Shown: positions 17,216 to 25,400 of the stretch, piece by piece
Layout: each line of letters opens with the position of its first letter
How positions within the stretch are numbered: position 1 is the first letter of the stretch
IMG/VR virus record: IMGVR_UViG_3300034149_000104
Location: 1 to 28,550 of that record
DNA from: a virus
Taxonomy: Duplodnaviria; Caudoviricetes
Strand: one strand, 5' to 3'
DNA length: 28,550 nt
The notes under the pieces: generated by a model
What the model was told of the DNA's origin: nothing
The model's input: the letters and a program-made list of their open reading frames with translations, nothing else
Databases searched by the model: none
Position numbers and translations under genes: made by a program

Positions 17216-17463
17216 GGCTCCCGCCGCCCGGTGGGTCCGTCTTCGGCATCGACTCGACCTCCTTCGGCATCGACTCGACCTCCTTCGGCATCGACTCGAC
17301 CTCCTTCGTGCTCGGCGTCGCCTTCCTCGCCTTCCTCGCCGTCGTCTGGTTCGTGATCTGGCTACAGGAGCCCTCCGTGCGGGCCGCTCGGGCGCGAGAG
17401 AACCGACAGGCCCGCCGGGCTGTCCGTGAAGCGGAGAAGATCGTCCAGAGGTCCTCGCGGTGA
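17212..17463 (+). CDS. Single-pass membrane protein with (FGIDSTS)3
   Basis: GTGA overlap; TM helix followed by basic tail. Confidence 0.6.
   Translation: MRLPPPGGSVFGIDSTSFGIDSTSFGIDSTSFVLGVAFLAFLAVVWFVIWLQEPSVRAARARENRQARRAVREAEKIVQRSSR
17241..17308 (+). repeat. 21-bp tandem repeat, 3.2 copies
   Basis: CTTCGGCATCGACTCGACCTC, perfect copies. Confidence 0.95.
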
Positions 17464-17951
17464 TCGCCGCCGCGTCGGTACTCTGGCAGGTGGTTGCGGT
17501 GGTCGCCTTCGTCCTCCTCGTCCGCGCACGACGAGGCCGGAGGATGATCCTCGCAGCCCTCCTCGCTGTCCCGAAGGCGCTGCGATGGGTCTGGCGCGAG
17601 ACCCGGTCGCGACGCCGTAGGGACAGCAGGAGGGGGTTCACGCCGGATGAGCGGGCCTACATCATCGCCCGAGCCGGCGGACAGTGCGAGTGGGTCGGAG
17701 CGGGCTGGGCGCGCTGTCAGGCGTTCCACGGAGCCGCCGGGGTCACGCTAGAAGCGGATCACGTCTGGCCTCACGCGCTCGGCGGTCCGACGACCGTCGA
17801 GAACGGTCAAGCCCTATGCGGCCCGCACAACCGTCGCAAGGGCAGCAGGGCTCCGACGCCCGCCTACCTCTGGCGGCTCAGGACGTCGCGGGCCCGCTAC
17901 ATGGAGAAGGTCCCGACCCCGCGACGTCGCGGGGTCCTCGACAGGAGGTAA
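17460..17951 (+). CDS. HNH endonuclease with N-terminal hydrophobic segments
   Basis: CE...C...EADHVWPHALGGPTTVENGQALCGPHNRRKG. Confidence 0.88.
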   Translation: MIAAASVLWQVVAVVAFVLLVRARRGRRMILAALLAVPKALRWVWRETRSRRRRDSRRGFTPDERAYIIARAGGQCEWVGAGWARCQAFHGAAGVTLEADHVWPHALGGPTTVENGQALCGPHNRRKGSRAPTPAYLWRLRTSRARYMEKVPTPRRRGVLDRR

Positions 17952-17955
17952 CACG

Positions 17956-18201
17956 ATGCCCCGCCGGAATCATCCCGGTCCGAAGCGATGGGTGAAGCGG
18001 ACCCGTCGGGAACACAACACGGCCGGCGGCTGCTGGTCAGGGAAGCAGCGGTACCGGGATAAGGCGGAGGCGACCGCAGCGCTTCACCGGATCACCGCCG
18101 GGGCTCGGGACACGGCGCGCCGGCTCCCGGTCCGCGTCTATGAATGCCCGGAGTGTGCGGGCTGGCATCAGACGTCGCGCCCGGCCCGAGACGTCGCCTA
18201 G
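17956..18201 (+). CDS. Small actinophage-type Zn-finger protein
   Basis: CWSGKQRY...RVYECPECAGWHQTS; AGGAGG RBS. Confidence 0.75.
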   Translation: MPRRNHPGPKRWVKRTRREHNTAGGCWSGKQRYRDKAEATAALHRITAGARDTARRLPVRVYECPECAGWHQTSRPARDVA

Positions 18202-18218
18202 AAATGCCCCCGAGCCGG

Positions 18219-18257
18219 TTGACAGGATGGGGGAGAGGCGCTAGAGTGTCAGTCATG
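18219..18257 (+). promoter_or_regulatory. Class A promoter, copy 5
   Basis: TTGACA(18219)-17 nt-TAGAGT(18242)-7 nt-ATG(18255). Confidence 0.85.
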
Positions 18258-18689
18258 ACCGAGGCCCTCACCGCCGAAACCGAGGAGTGCGTGCATCTCC
18301 TCCCCCCGATGGAATGCTCGATCTGCCGGGCCCGCCTCGGCTACCGCCCCGGCACCGACCGGCAGCGCTCCGACTGCACCGTTCAGGCCGTCGCCGCCCT
18401 CACCGCCGCCACCTACCGGGAGGCCGAGGCCCTCCTCGCCGCCGCCGGCCGCCTCCCCGGACAGGGAGCCCCCGCCGAAGTGACCTGTGAGGCGATCCGC
18501 TCCGCCGGCTGGACCGTCGCCCCCTCCCCGCTCACGATCGAGGAGGCGCTCCGCTCCGGCGGGTTCTACCTCGTCTCCGCCTGGCGTCGCCGCCGGGGTC
18601 ACGCCTTCGCCCTGATCGGCGGTCAGGCCGTCAACGCCGGCCAGTACATCTCCGGCGGCTGCCGCTACCGACTTTTCGAGGTCTCATGA
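18255..18689 (+). CDS. Putative small papain-like (C39-like) peptidase fold protein
   Basis: DCTVQAVA...Y and GHAFAL give a candidate Cys/His dyad. Confidence 0.55.
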   Translation: MTEALTAETEECVHLLPPMECSICRARLGYRPGTDRQRSDCTVQAVAALTAATYREAEALLAAAGRLPGQGAPAEVTCEAIRSAGWTVAPSPLTIEEALRSGGFYLVSAWRRRRGHAFALIGGQAVNAGQYISGGCRYRLFEVS

Positions 18690-18997
18690 TGTCCGCCTTC
18701 ACCGCCGACCTCGACCCGGACCCCGACGGCTACGACCTCGTCGTAGACCCGCACGGCCGAGTCGCCGCCCGAGTCGCCGCCGGTCACGGTCAGGCCGCCG
18801 CCGACCTCACGAACCAGATCATCCGCCATCAGAACGACCGCCGCTACACGGCCGCCGCCCGAGTCAACTACGCGCTAGAGCACGTCCCCGGCTACGACGA
18901 GGACGACCTCCTCTACGACGACGCCGGAGACACCCTGACGCCTGCCGCTCACCGCCGTCTCGTCGCCTTCTTCGCCGGCTGGCTCGCCCCGTCATGA
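18686..18997 (+). CDS. Hypothetical protein
   Basis: ATGA overlap. Confidence 0.6.
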   Translation: MMSAFTADLDPDPDGYDLVVDPHGRVAARVAAGHGQAAADLTNQIIRHQNDRRYTAAARVNYALEHVPGYDEDDLLYDDAGDTLTPAAHRRLVAFFAGWLAPS

Positions 18998-19401
18998 CCG
19001 CCTTCCGCCGTCCGACCGCCCCGCAGATGCGGGCCCTCATGGCCGTCCTGTCGATCGAGACCGCCGAGGCCGAGCGGATCAACCGCCGGCATCGGGACAA
19101 TCCCCGAGTCGCTCACGTCCTCCTGTTCGACGCCGCTCGGGTCACCGCCCGACAGGTCGCCGACGTCCTCTGGCCCGTCGACCCTGACCGGCCAGAGACG
19201 TCGAAGCGGACCCGGGTCTACGGGAGGAACGGCGCTATCCGCGGGACCTATCCGATGACGGCCGCCCGCCTCCTACACCGGATGACCGAGTACGGCTGGC
19301 TCGTCTACGACCCCGACCCCGAGACCTATCAGTCGCGCTGGGCGCTCACGGTCGACGGTCGAGGCTGGGCGCTCGCCGGCTCCAAGGTCGCCGCCCGATG
19401 A
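18994..19401 (+). CDS. Putative winged-helix protein
   Basis: TARQVADVLW...LHRMTEYGWL...WALTVDG. Confidence 0.55.
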   Translation: MTAFRRPTAPQMRALMAVLSIETAEAERINRRHRDNPRVAHVLLFDAARVTARQVADVLWPVDPDRPETSKRTRVYGRNGAIRGTYPMTAARLLHRMTEYGWLVYDPDPETYQSRWALTVDGRGWALAGSKVAAR

Positions 19402-19640
19402 TCGCCGCCGCCGGCCGATCCTGGCGTGACCTGCCGCTCGCCGAGGAGCGCGCCATCGAAGCGTGGCGACTCGACTACGAACGCCGCTTCCCCGAGGAGC
19501 CCTCTCATCTCGCCGAACGGTCCCTGATCCGGGCCCTCCGCCGCGGCGTCGCCTTCGACCTCGCCGCCCTCCGCCTCACTCATCTCGCCGAGGAACGGGA
19601 ACGTGCCTACGGCCACGACACAGGAGCCGAACGCCGATGA
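19398..19640 (+). CDS. Hypothetical protein
   Basis: ATGA overlap. Confidence 0.55.
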   Translation: MIAAAGRSWRDLPLAEERAIEAWRLDYERRFPEEPSHLAERSLIRALRRGVAFDLAALRLTHLAEERERAYGHDTGAERR

Positions 19641-19963
19641 ATGCTCCACGTGAAACATCGCGGGGCTCCGCCGCCGATCGCCGATCGCGCCGAGCGGCCT
19701 ACATGCGGGAGTGGCGCAAGTCTCGGACCACACCCCGCCGGGGCCTGACCGGCCGGGACCCGCGGGACAACGGGGCCCGGGACCTGACCGGCTACGTCGT
19801 CGCCTGGGTCCTCTCCAACCCGCACGCCCCCCACGCGTCGGCCGACGTGAAGGTCTGTTCCGCTCCGCTCCCCGAGGAACACATGCTCGCGGCCGGCCCG
19901 TTCGACACGGCGGCCGAGGCGAACGCCGCCCTACTCGACCTCGCCCGGGGCTGGGAACGATGA
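19637..19963 (+). CDS. Hypothetical protein (MNAPRE...)
   Basis: AGGAG RBS; AAYMREWRK motif. Confidence 0.55.
   Translation: MNAPRETSRGSAADRRSRRAAYMREWRKSRTTPRRGLTGRDPRDNGARDLTGYVVAWVLSNPHAPHASADVKVCSAPLPEEHMLAAGPFDTAAEANAALLDLARGWER
19642..19657. promoter_or_regulatory. parS-like palindrome
   Basis: TGCTCCACGTGAAACA versus consensus TGTTNCACGTGAAACA, one mismatch. Confidence 0.5.
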
Positions 19964-20061
19964 CCGCCGCCCTCGGGCTCCTGGCCGGCTGGTTCGCCGT
20001 GGCCTGTCTCGCCGGCCCGATCGTCGGCCGGGTCATCCGCCGGCGCGGCGGCCGGTCATGA
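19960..20061 (+). CDS. 33-aa membrane peptide
   Basis: ATGA overlaps at both ends; one TM helix plus Arg tail. Confidence 0.55.
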   Translation: MTAALGLLAGWFAVACLAGPIVGRVIRRRGGRS

Positions 20062-20213
20062 GCGCCGCGCTGCGCTGCCCGGCCTGCGGCTCCGACGACG
20101 TCGACCGCTGCGAGCCTCACCCGACCGCCGTCGGCTGGCACGTCCACGCCTGTAACACCTGCGGGTTCACGTCAGGCGATCACCGCCGCAACGTAGGGGC
20201 CTGTCCGCCGTGA
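20058..20213 (+). CDS. 51-aa Zn-ribbon protein, not in the ORF track
   Basis: MSAALRCPACGSDDV...ACNTCGF; coupled at both ends. Confidence 0.65.
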   Translation: MSAALRCPACGSDDVDRCEPHPTAVGWHVHACNTCGFTSGDHRRNVGACPP

Positions 20214-20458
20214 CCCTCGTCTACGCCTGGTCCGACGGAGACGCCACGACTACGACCGTCCCCGGCACCGGGACCGTCCCCCCGGTCGCCGTCGAGGGGG
20301 TCTGCGTCCCCGGCCCCTGGGAAGCCGCCGACACGACTAGCGCGGGGCTCATCTCCCCCGGGCTAGTCGTCGGGCTCCTCGTCGGCATCGGAGTGGGCCG
20401 CCTCATGATCCGCGTGAAGATCGTCACGACCGCCGTCCGCCGCGCCTTCCGCCTCTGA
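20210..20458 (+). CDS. Small membrane protein
   Basis: C-terminal TM helix; GTGA overlap. Confidence 0.55.
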   Translation: MTLVYAWSDGDATTTTVPGTGTVPPVAVEGVCVPGPWEAADTTSAGLISPGLVVGLLVGIGVGRLMIRVKIVTTAVRRAFRL

Positions 20459-20498
20459 CCCCCGGTCCTCTAGCGCGCCCCGGTCATACCCTGTCGGT

Positions 20499-22391
20499 AT
20501 GGCCGAGACCCCACGCACCCGAGCCGACGCCCTCCCCTGGTGGATCGCCACGGCCGCCGCCGCCCTCGTCGGGCTATCCCTCGGCGTCCTCACGCCGCTA
20601 CAGCAGACGATGGTCGTCCTCGTCGGCATCGCCCTCGCCGGGCTCGCTGTCGACGTCATCTCGCATCGGCTCCGCCCCTACGTCTCCGCTTTCGGGCTCG
20701 TCCTCGCCTGGGTCGGCGCGGCGACCCTCTCCATCCCTGTCGCCGGCCCGCTCCCCGCCGCCGCCTGCCTGATCTTCCTGACGGTCGTCATCGGCTGGCG
20801 GTCCTTCGGCTACCGCTGGCGGTGGGTCGCCGAACATGAGCAGAAGGTCGAGCATCGTCGGGCGATCCGACTGATCCGGGATCACTGGACGAAGATCGCT
20901 CACTCCGCCGGGCTCCCCCCGGAGTCGAAGATCATCGACGACCCCGAACCGACCGCGACCGGGATCGACTTCAAGGTGTCAGTCCCGGGGGACGCTCAGG
21001 CCCTCTCGTCGCGGGAGGGGACCCTCGCCTCGACGCTCGGCACCGGGAAGACGAAGGTGACGATCAAGGCCGATCCGCAGAACGCTTCGATCGCCCATAT
21101 CTCGGTCCGGACTCATGACCCGCTCGCCGAGCCTCCTAAGCCGTGGCCGTATCCCGACGTTGACTATCGGATCGCCGCCGGCCTGTCGGTCGGCATCTTG
21201 GAGACGTCCCGGCCGATCGTCCTTCACTTCATCGCCGAACACTGGCTAGTCGGCGGGATGACCCGTTCCGGTAAGACTCACGTCCTTCATATGGCCTGCG
21301 CGGCGGCCGCCGCCGCCCTCGACGCCGAACTGTGGATCATCGACACGGCGAAGCGGGGCGCGGACTTCGCCCGCTGGGAACCGGCCGCTGTCCGGTACGC
21401 GACGACCGCCCCGGAAGCGGAAGCGATGATCGAGACGCTTTACGCGACGATGGAGGCCCGCTATCACGGCCGGAAGGGCGCTCATCGGACCGGACAGTGG
21501 CGACCCTCCCCTCCCGGCTCGGCCCGCGGGGAAGGTCCGCAGATCATCCTCGTCATCGACGAAGCGGCGAACGCCGTCCGCACCGAGAAGATCAAGGCTC
21601 GGCTACAGCATCTCGCCGCCGAAGCGGCCGGCGCTGGGATCACTCTCGTCGTCGGGACTCAGTCCCCGCAGCACGCCATCTTCGACGTGAACACCCGACG
21701 GAACCTCGGAACGAAGATCGCCCTCGCCACCGACTCGGATCAGGCGTCGGACCTGATACTCGGGCAGGGGATGGCGGGGAAGGGCTACGACTGCTCGCAT
21801 CTCCCGAAGGGCGGCCATTGCTTCGTCCGTCGAGCCGGCGACAAGGTCCCGGTCCGGGCTCGGGCCTGGTGGGTCGACGACCTCGACTTCGACCGGTTCG
21901 CCCTGTCACTCCCCGAGGTCCAGCACTTCTCCCCCCATCCGTTGTACGTCGACAGGAGCGACGCGATCGACACGACCGCTACCGAGGCCGCGCCCATCGC
22001 GCTCCCGGCCCCCACGGCCCCTGGCAGGGGCCTGGACGAGGGGCCTGGACCCGGGGGCGGCGAGGGGCCTGGACCTGACGTCAGGGCCCCTCTACACGGT
22101 GGGGTTATAGGGGGTGACGGACGTGCGGAGGCCCCGAGGGGCCTGGACCTCTCCCCCGACATCTCCGCAGCCCTCGCCGGCACCGGCCTGACCTATGCCG
22201 AGGCGATCTATCGGGCCCTCCTCGACGAGCCCCTGTCGCAGACCGCGGTGGCCCGGAAGGTGGGGACATCGGACCGGACCGCCAGGAACACGCTCAACCG
22301 GCTCGCCGACGTCGGCCTAGCGAAGACCTCCGGCGGGCTGTGGGGGGCGCGGCGGTCCCTGTCGCCGAGCCGAGAGGACGTGACGGCATGA
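20499..22391 (+). CDS. FtsK/SpoIIIE family DNA translocase, TraB-like (TM-ATPase-wHTH)
   Basis: Four N-terminal TMs; HWLVGGMTRSGKT (Walker A), LVIDEAA (Walker B), GTQSP; C-terminal LSQTAVARKVGTSDRTARNTLNRL HTH. Confidence 0.88.
   Translation: MAETPRTRADALPWWIATAAAALVGLSLGVLTPLQQTMVVLVGIALAGLAVDVISHRLRPYVSAFGLVLAWVGAATLSIPVAGPLPAAACLIFLTVVIGWRSFGYRWRWVAEHEQKVEHRRAIRLIRDHWTKIAHSAGLPPESKIIDDPEPTATGIDFKVSVPGDAQALSSREGTLASTLGTGKTKVTIKADPQNASIAHISVRTHDPLAEPPKPWPYPDVDYRIAAGLSVGILETSRPIVLHFIAEHWLVGGMTRSGKTHVLHMACAAAAAALDAELWIIDTAKRGADFARWEPAAVRYATTAPEAEAMIETLYATMEARYHGRKGAHRTGQWRPSPPGSARGEGPQIILVIDEAANAVRTEKIKARLQHLAAEAAGAGITLVVGTQSPQHAIFDVNTRRNLGTKIALATDSDQASDLILGQGMAGKGYDCSHLPKGGHCFVRRAGDKVPVRARAWWVDDLDFDRFALSLPEVQHFSPHPLYVDRSDAIDTTATEAAPIALPAPTAPGRGLDEGPGPGGGEGPGPDVRAPLHGGVIGGDGRAEAPRGLDLSPDISAALAGTGLTYAEAIYRALLDEPLSQTAVARKVGTSDRTARNTLNRLADVGLAKTSGGLWGARRSLSPSREDVTA
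22026..22149 (+). repeat. 12-bp direct repeat AGGGGCCTGGAC, four copies (clt-like)
   Basis: Copies at 22026, 22039, 22063 and 22137. Confidence 0.85.
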
Positions 22392-22657
22392 GACACGACG
22401 GAGACGGACCCTGGCCGCCGCCGGAGCGGTGGGTTGAGGCCCGCGACCTCGGCCCACCGTCCCGAGGGGCGCACGTCGCCGCCCTCCTGATCCTCCTCGG
22501 CATCCCGGTCCCTATCGTGATCGGTCTCCTCGGGGACGGCTGGCACGCCTGGGCCGTGTCCGCCATCACGATCTACACGGCCGCGTTCCTCGCCGCCGTG
22601 TACGGAGGGTGGTCACAGGGCCGAGGACGCGCCGGGAAACCTGACCGACGCCGGTAG
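22388..22657 (+). CDS. Two-TM membrane protein
   Basis: ATGA overlap with the translocase gene. Confidence 0.6.
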   Translation: MRHDGDGPWPPPERWVEARDLGPPSRGAHVAALLILLGIPVPIVIGLLGDGWHAWAVSAITIYTAAFLAAVYGGWSQGRGRAGKPDRRR

Positions 22658-22689
22658 CGATCCGGGCAGGGTCGATACCATCGGCCCGG

Positions 22690-23184
22690 ATGGCCCACCC
22701 GACGATCGCCGCCGCGACGATCGCCGCGGGCTTCATCGTCGCTCAGGTCGCCGACCCGCCGACTATCGCCGGTCAGTCCCCCTACGGGATCGTCGCGGCC
22801 GGCGTCGCGGCGGTCATCGCGGTCGCCGGATACCTCCGGGCCCGCGCCGCGGAGAAGGCCGCCGGCCTGTCCGCCGACCGGGCCGCCGTCCTACAGGATC
22901 GGGCCGCGACGACCGCCGAACTGGAAGCGGTCGTCGAGGCTCAGCGCGGCCTGAATGACCTCCTATCCGCTGCGAACCGCCGTCAGGGTGAAACCATAAA
23001 GGCGCTCCGGGGAAGGATCGCCCGACAGGATGACCGGCTCGCCGCTCTCGACGAGGCCGTGAGACGATGCGAGGAACACAAGTCGGCGCTCGGGCTCCGA
23101 GTCGAGGAACTAGGACGGCACGTGCAGGACATCATCCAGGACCCCACCGGACCCACGCCGATCGTAGGGGAAGCGAGTGACTGA
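22690..23184 (+). CDS. Membrane protein with coiled coil (holin/lysis-accessory-like)
   Basis: TM helices plus heptad region; TACCAT-8 nt-ATG. Confidence 0.6.
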   Translation: MAHPTIAAATIAAGFIVAQVADPPTIAGQSPYGIVAAGVAAVIAVAGYLRARAAEKAAGLSADRAAVLQDRAATTAELEAVVEAQRGLNDLLSAANRRQGETIKALRGRIARQDDRLAALDEAVRRCEEHKSALGLRVEELGRHVQDIIQDPTGPTPIVGEASD

Positions 23185-23641
23185 CCCGAATGGCGTCGTG
23201 ACAGACGCGGAGAGGGCCGCCGTACTCGCGCAGGCCGCCCCGGCGAGGTCGACGCTCCCGCCCGGCCGTGCGCTCCTCCGGATCGCCGTCACCTTCGCCG
23301 CCGTCGCGGTGATCCTCTCGCAGATCGCTCAGATTCAGACCTCGCATGCCCGAGGCGAACAGGTGAGCGACCTCCGCGAAGTAGTCGAGCGGCTCCGAAG
23401 CCGCGTCGACCTCCTCGACGCGGAACTTGGCTGCCGGTCGGTCATCTCCGGAGACCTCGACGTCGCTCAGGGCCGAGCCCTAGAGACGATCCTCCGGGGG
23501 CTCGGCGCGATCGCCGTCGCTGACCGGCCGACCGTCGCGGCGCTCGGCGACGAGGCCGGGGTGCTCGCCGACTCGATCGACGCCGCCGTGGCCGCCCGGA
23601 TAGCGGCGGTCGCCACCTGTAGCGAAGGGAGCACGCCATGA
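23177..23641 (+). CDS. Membrane-anchored coiled-coil protein
   Basis: One TM helix, two Cys; coupled to the portal gene. Confidence 0.6.
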   Translation: MTDPNGVVTDAERAAVLAQAAPARSTLPPGRALLRIAVTFAAVAVILSQIAQIQTSHARGEQVSDLREVVERLRSRVDLLDAELGCRSVISGDLDVAQGRALETILRGLGAIAVADRPTVAALGDEAGVLADSIDAAVAARIAAVATCSEGSTP

Positions 23642-25062
23642 CCGACGAGGTTGACCTCGATCACTTCGACCCGGCCGTACCGATCGGCTCCTACGGGCTC
23701 CACCGCTACGGCGGAACGATCGTCGAGGAGTTCCTCCCCGAACTACAGGGCGACGCCGGTCGCCGCGTCTTCCGGGAGATGTCGGAGAACGACCCCGTCG
23801 TAGGGGCGATGCTCCTCGCCGTCGAACTGTCGATCCGGCAGATCGAATGGCAGATCGAACCGGCGCATGACCTCGGCGACGACGTCGAGCCGTCGGCCCG
23901 GGCGGCCGAGGTCGCGCAACAGGTCGGGTCCTGCCTTCACGATATGGAGCAGACCTGGCCGGACGTCATCTCCGAAGCGTTGGAGATGCTCCCCTACGGC
24001 TGGGCGTGGTCGGAGGTCACCTACAAGCGGCGGCGCGGTGATCAGCCTCTCGGCGGGCCGGCCTCGTCGATCTATGACGATGGCTGGTGGGGCTGGGCGT
24101 CGATCGCGTCTCGGTCTCAGTCGTCGCTACAGGAGTGGCTCTACGGGGAGGACCAGCGGACCCTCGTCGGGATGCGCCAGTACGTCACCGAGACCGGCGA
24201 GATAGTCGACATTCCGCTGGCGAAGTCGCTTCACTTCCGGACGTCGGCCCGCCGCGGGAACCCGGAGGGTCGCTCCCTCCTCCGCTCCGCCTATCGGCCG
24301 TGGTTCTTCAAGCGGCGGATCGAGGAGTACGAAGCGATCGGGATAGAACGTGACCTCGCCGGGCTCCCGATGGCGACCGTCCCCGACACGATGCTAGGGG
24401 CCGACGCGTCGGCGGCGGAGAAGGCGACCGTCGCCAATATCAGGAAGACCGTCCGGCTCGTCCGCCGAAATGAGACCGACGGGCTCCTCTGGCCGTCGTC
24501 CTACGACGCCGCCGGAAATCAGCGGTACACCTTCGGGCTTCTCACGTCCGGCGGAACCCGACAGTTCGACACGGACAAGGTCATCTCTCGCTACGACCAG
24601 CGGATAGCGATGACGACCCTCGCGGACTTCATCCTCCTCGGGCATGAGGGGGTCGGGACCGGGCTCGGCGTGTCGCTCGCCGGGACGAAGGTCGACCTGT
24701 TCACCGCCGGCCTAGAAGCGTGGGTCGATATGATCGCCGCGCAGTTCAATGACCGGGCGATCCCGACGCTCTGCCGGCTGAACGGGATCACGGACCGGAA
24801 TCTCTGTCCGACCCTGTCGCATGGCGAGGTTCGGGCGGTCGACCTGGCGACCCTCGGGAAGTTCCTGACGGACATCTCCGGGTCGGGTGCTCCTCTGTTC
24901 CCGGATGAGGGGCTCCTCGCCGAGTTGATGCGGCGGGCTGACCTTCCGGTCCCGGACGCTCAGGCCGTCGACGAGGGCGGCTCCGGCGGCGGGCCGGGGG
25001 CGGCTGGGGTGATCCCGGAGGGGGACGCCGCGGAGAGTGACGAGGTCACGACCGGCGAGTAG
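23638..25062 (+). CDS. Phage portal protein (DUF935-like)
   Basis: EEFLPELQG, REMSENDPVVGA, GNPEGRSLLRSAYRPWFFK, EAIGIERDLAGLP and ISRYDQRIA. Confidence 0.9.
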   Translation: MTDEVDLDHFDPAVPIGSYGLHRYGGTIVEEFLPELQGDAGRRVFREMSENDPVVGAMLLAVELSIRQIEWQIEPAHDLGDDVEPSARAAEVAQQVGSCLHDMEQTWPDVISEALEMLPYGWAWSEVTYKRRRGDQPLGGPASSIYDDGWWGWASIASRSQSSLQEWLYGEDQRTLVGMRQYVTETGEIVDIPLAKSLHFRTSARRGNPEGRSLLRSAYRPWFFKRRIEEYEAIGIERDLAGLPMATVPDTMLGADASAAEKATVANIRKTVRLVRRNETDGLLWPSSYDAAGNQRYTFGLLTSGGTRQFDTDKVISRYDQRIAMTTLADFILLGHEGVGTGLGVSLAGTKVDLFTAGLEAWVDMIAAQFNDRAIPTLCRLNGITDRNLCPTLSHGEVRAVDLATLGKFLTDISGSGAPLFPDEGLLAELMRRADLPVPDAQAVDEGGSGGGPGAAGVIPEGDAAESDEVTTGE

Positions 25063-25079
25063 TAATCGCCCGGCACCGC

Positions 25080-25118
25080 TTGACGCCCTAGCCGATCGGC
25101 GCTAGAGTGCCTGTCATG
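25080..25118 (+). promoter_or_regulatory. Class A promoter, copy 6
   Basis: TTGACG(25080)-17 nt-TAGAGT(25103)-7 nt-ATG(25116); near-identical to copy 3. Confidence 0.85.
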
Positions 25119-25400
25119 AGCACCACCGATACCGCCACACTGATCACCGTCAAGGCCCCCGTCCTGACGGATCACGACCTCTCCCTTCTGATCGGTCACC
25201 TGATCGCCCTCGACGACCCCACCCTGGCGGACGCCCTGCTCGCCCTCCGGGCCGAGGCCCTCGACCGTGACGCCGCCGCCGACGATCAGGCCTACGGCTG
25301 CGAGTGCGAGATGGACTGGAACTGCCCGCTTCACGGCGGGACTAGCCGCCCGACCTGGCTAGAGCGCCGCTACGACGGAGGCTATGACCCCGATGCCTGA
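25116..25400 (+). CDS. Hypothetical protein (MSTTDTAT...)
   Basis: Leaderless start; CEC-x4-CPLH. Confidence 0.7.
   Translation: MSTTDTATLITVKAPVLTDHDLSLLIGHLIALDDPTLADALLALRAEALDRDAAADDQAYGCECEMDWNCPLHGGTSRPTWLERRYDGGYDPDA

Noticed and set aside
17241-17308. CRISPR array
   Set aside because: No spacers; plain coding tandem repeat; no cas genes
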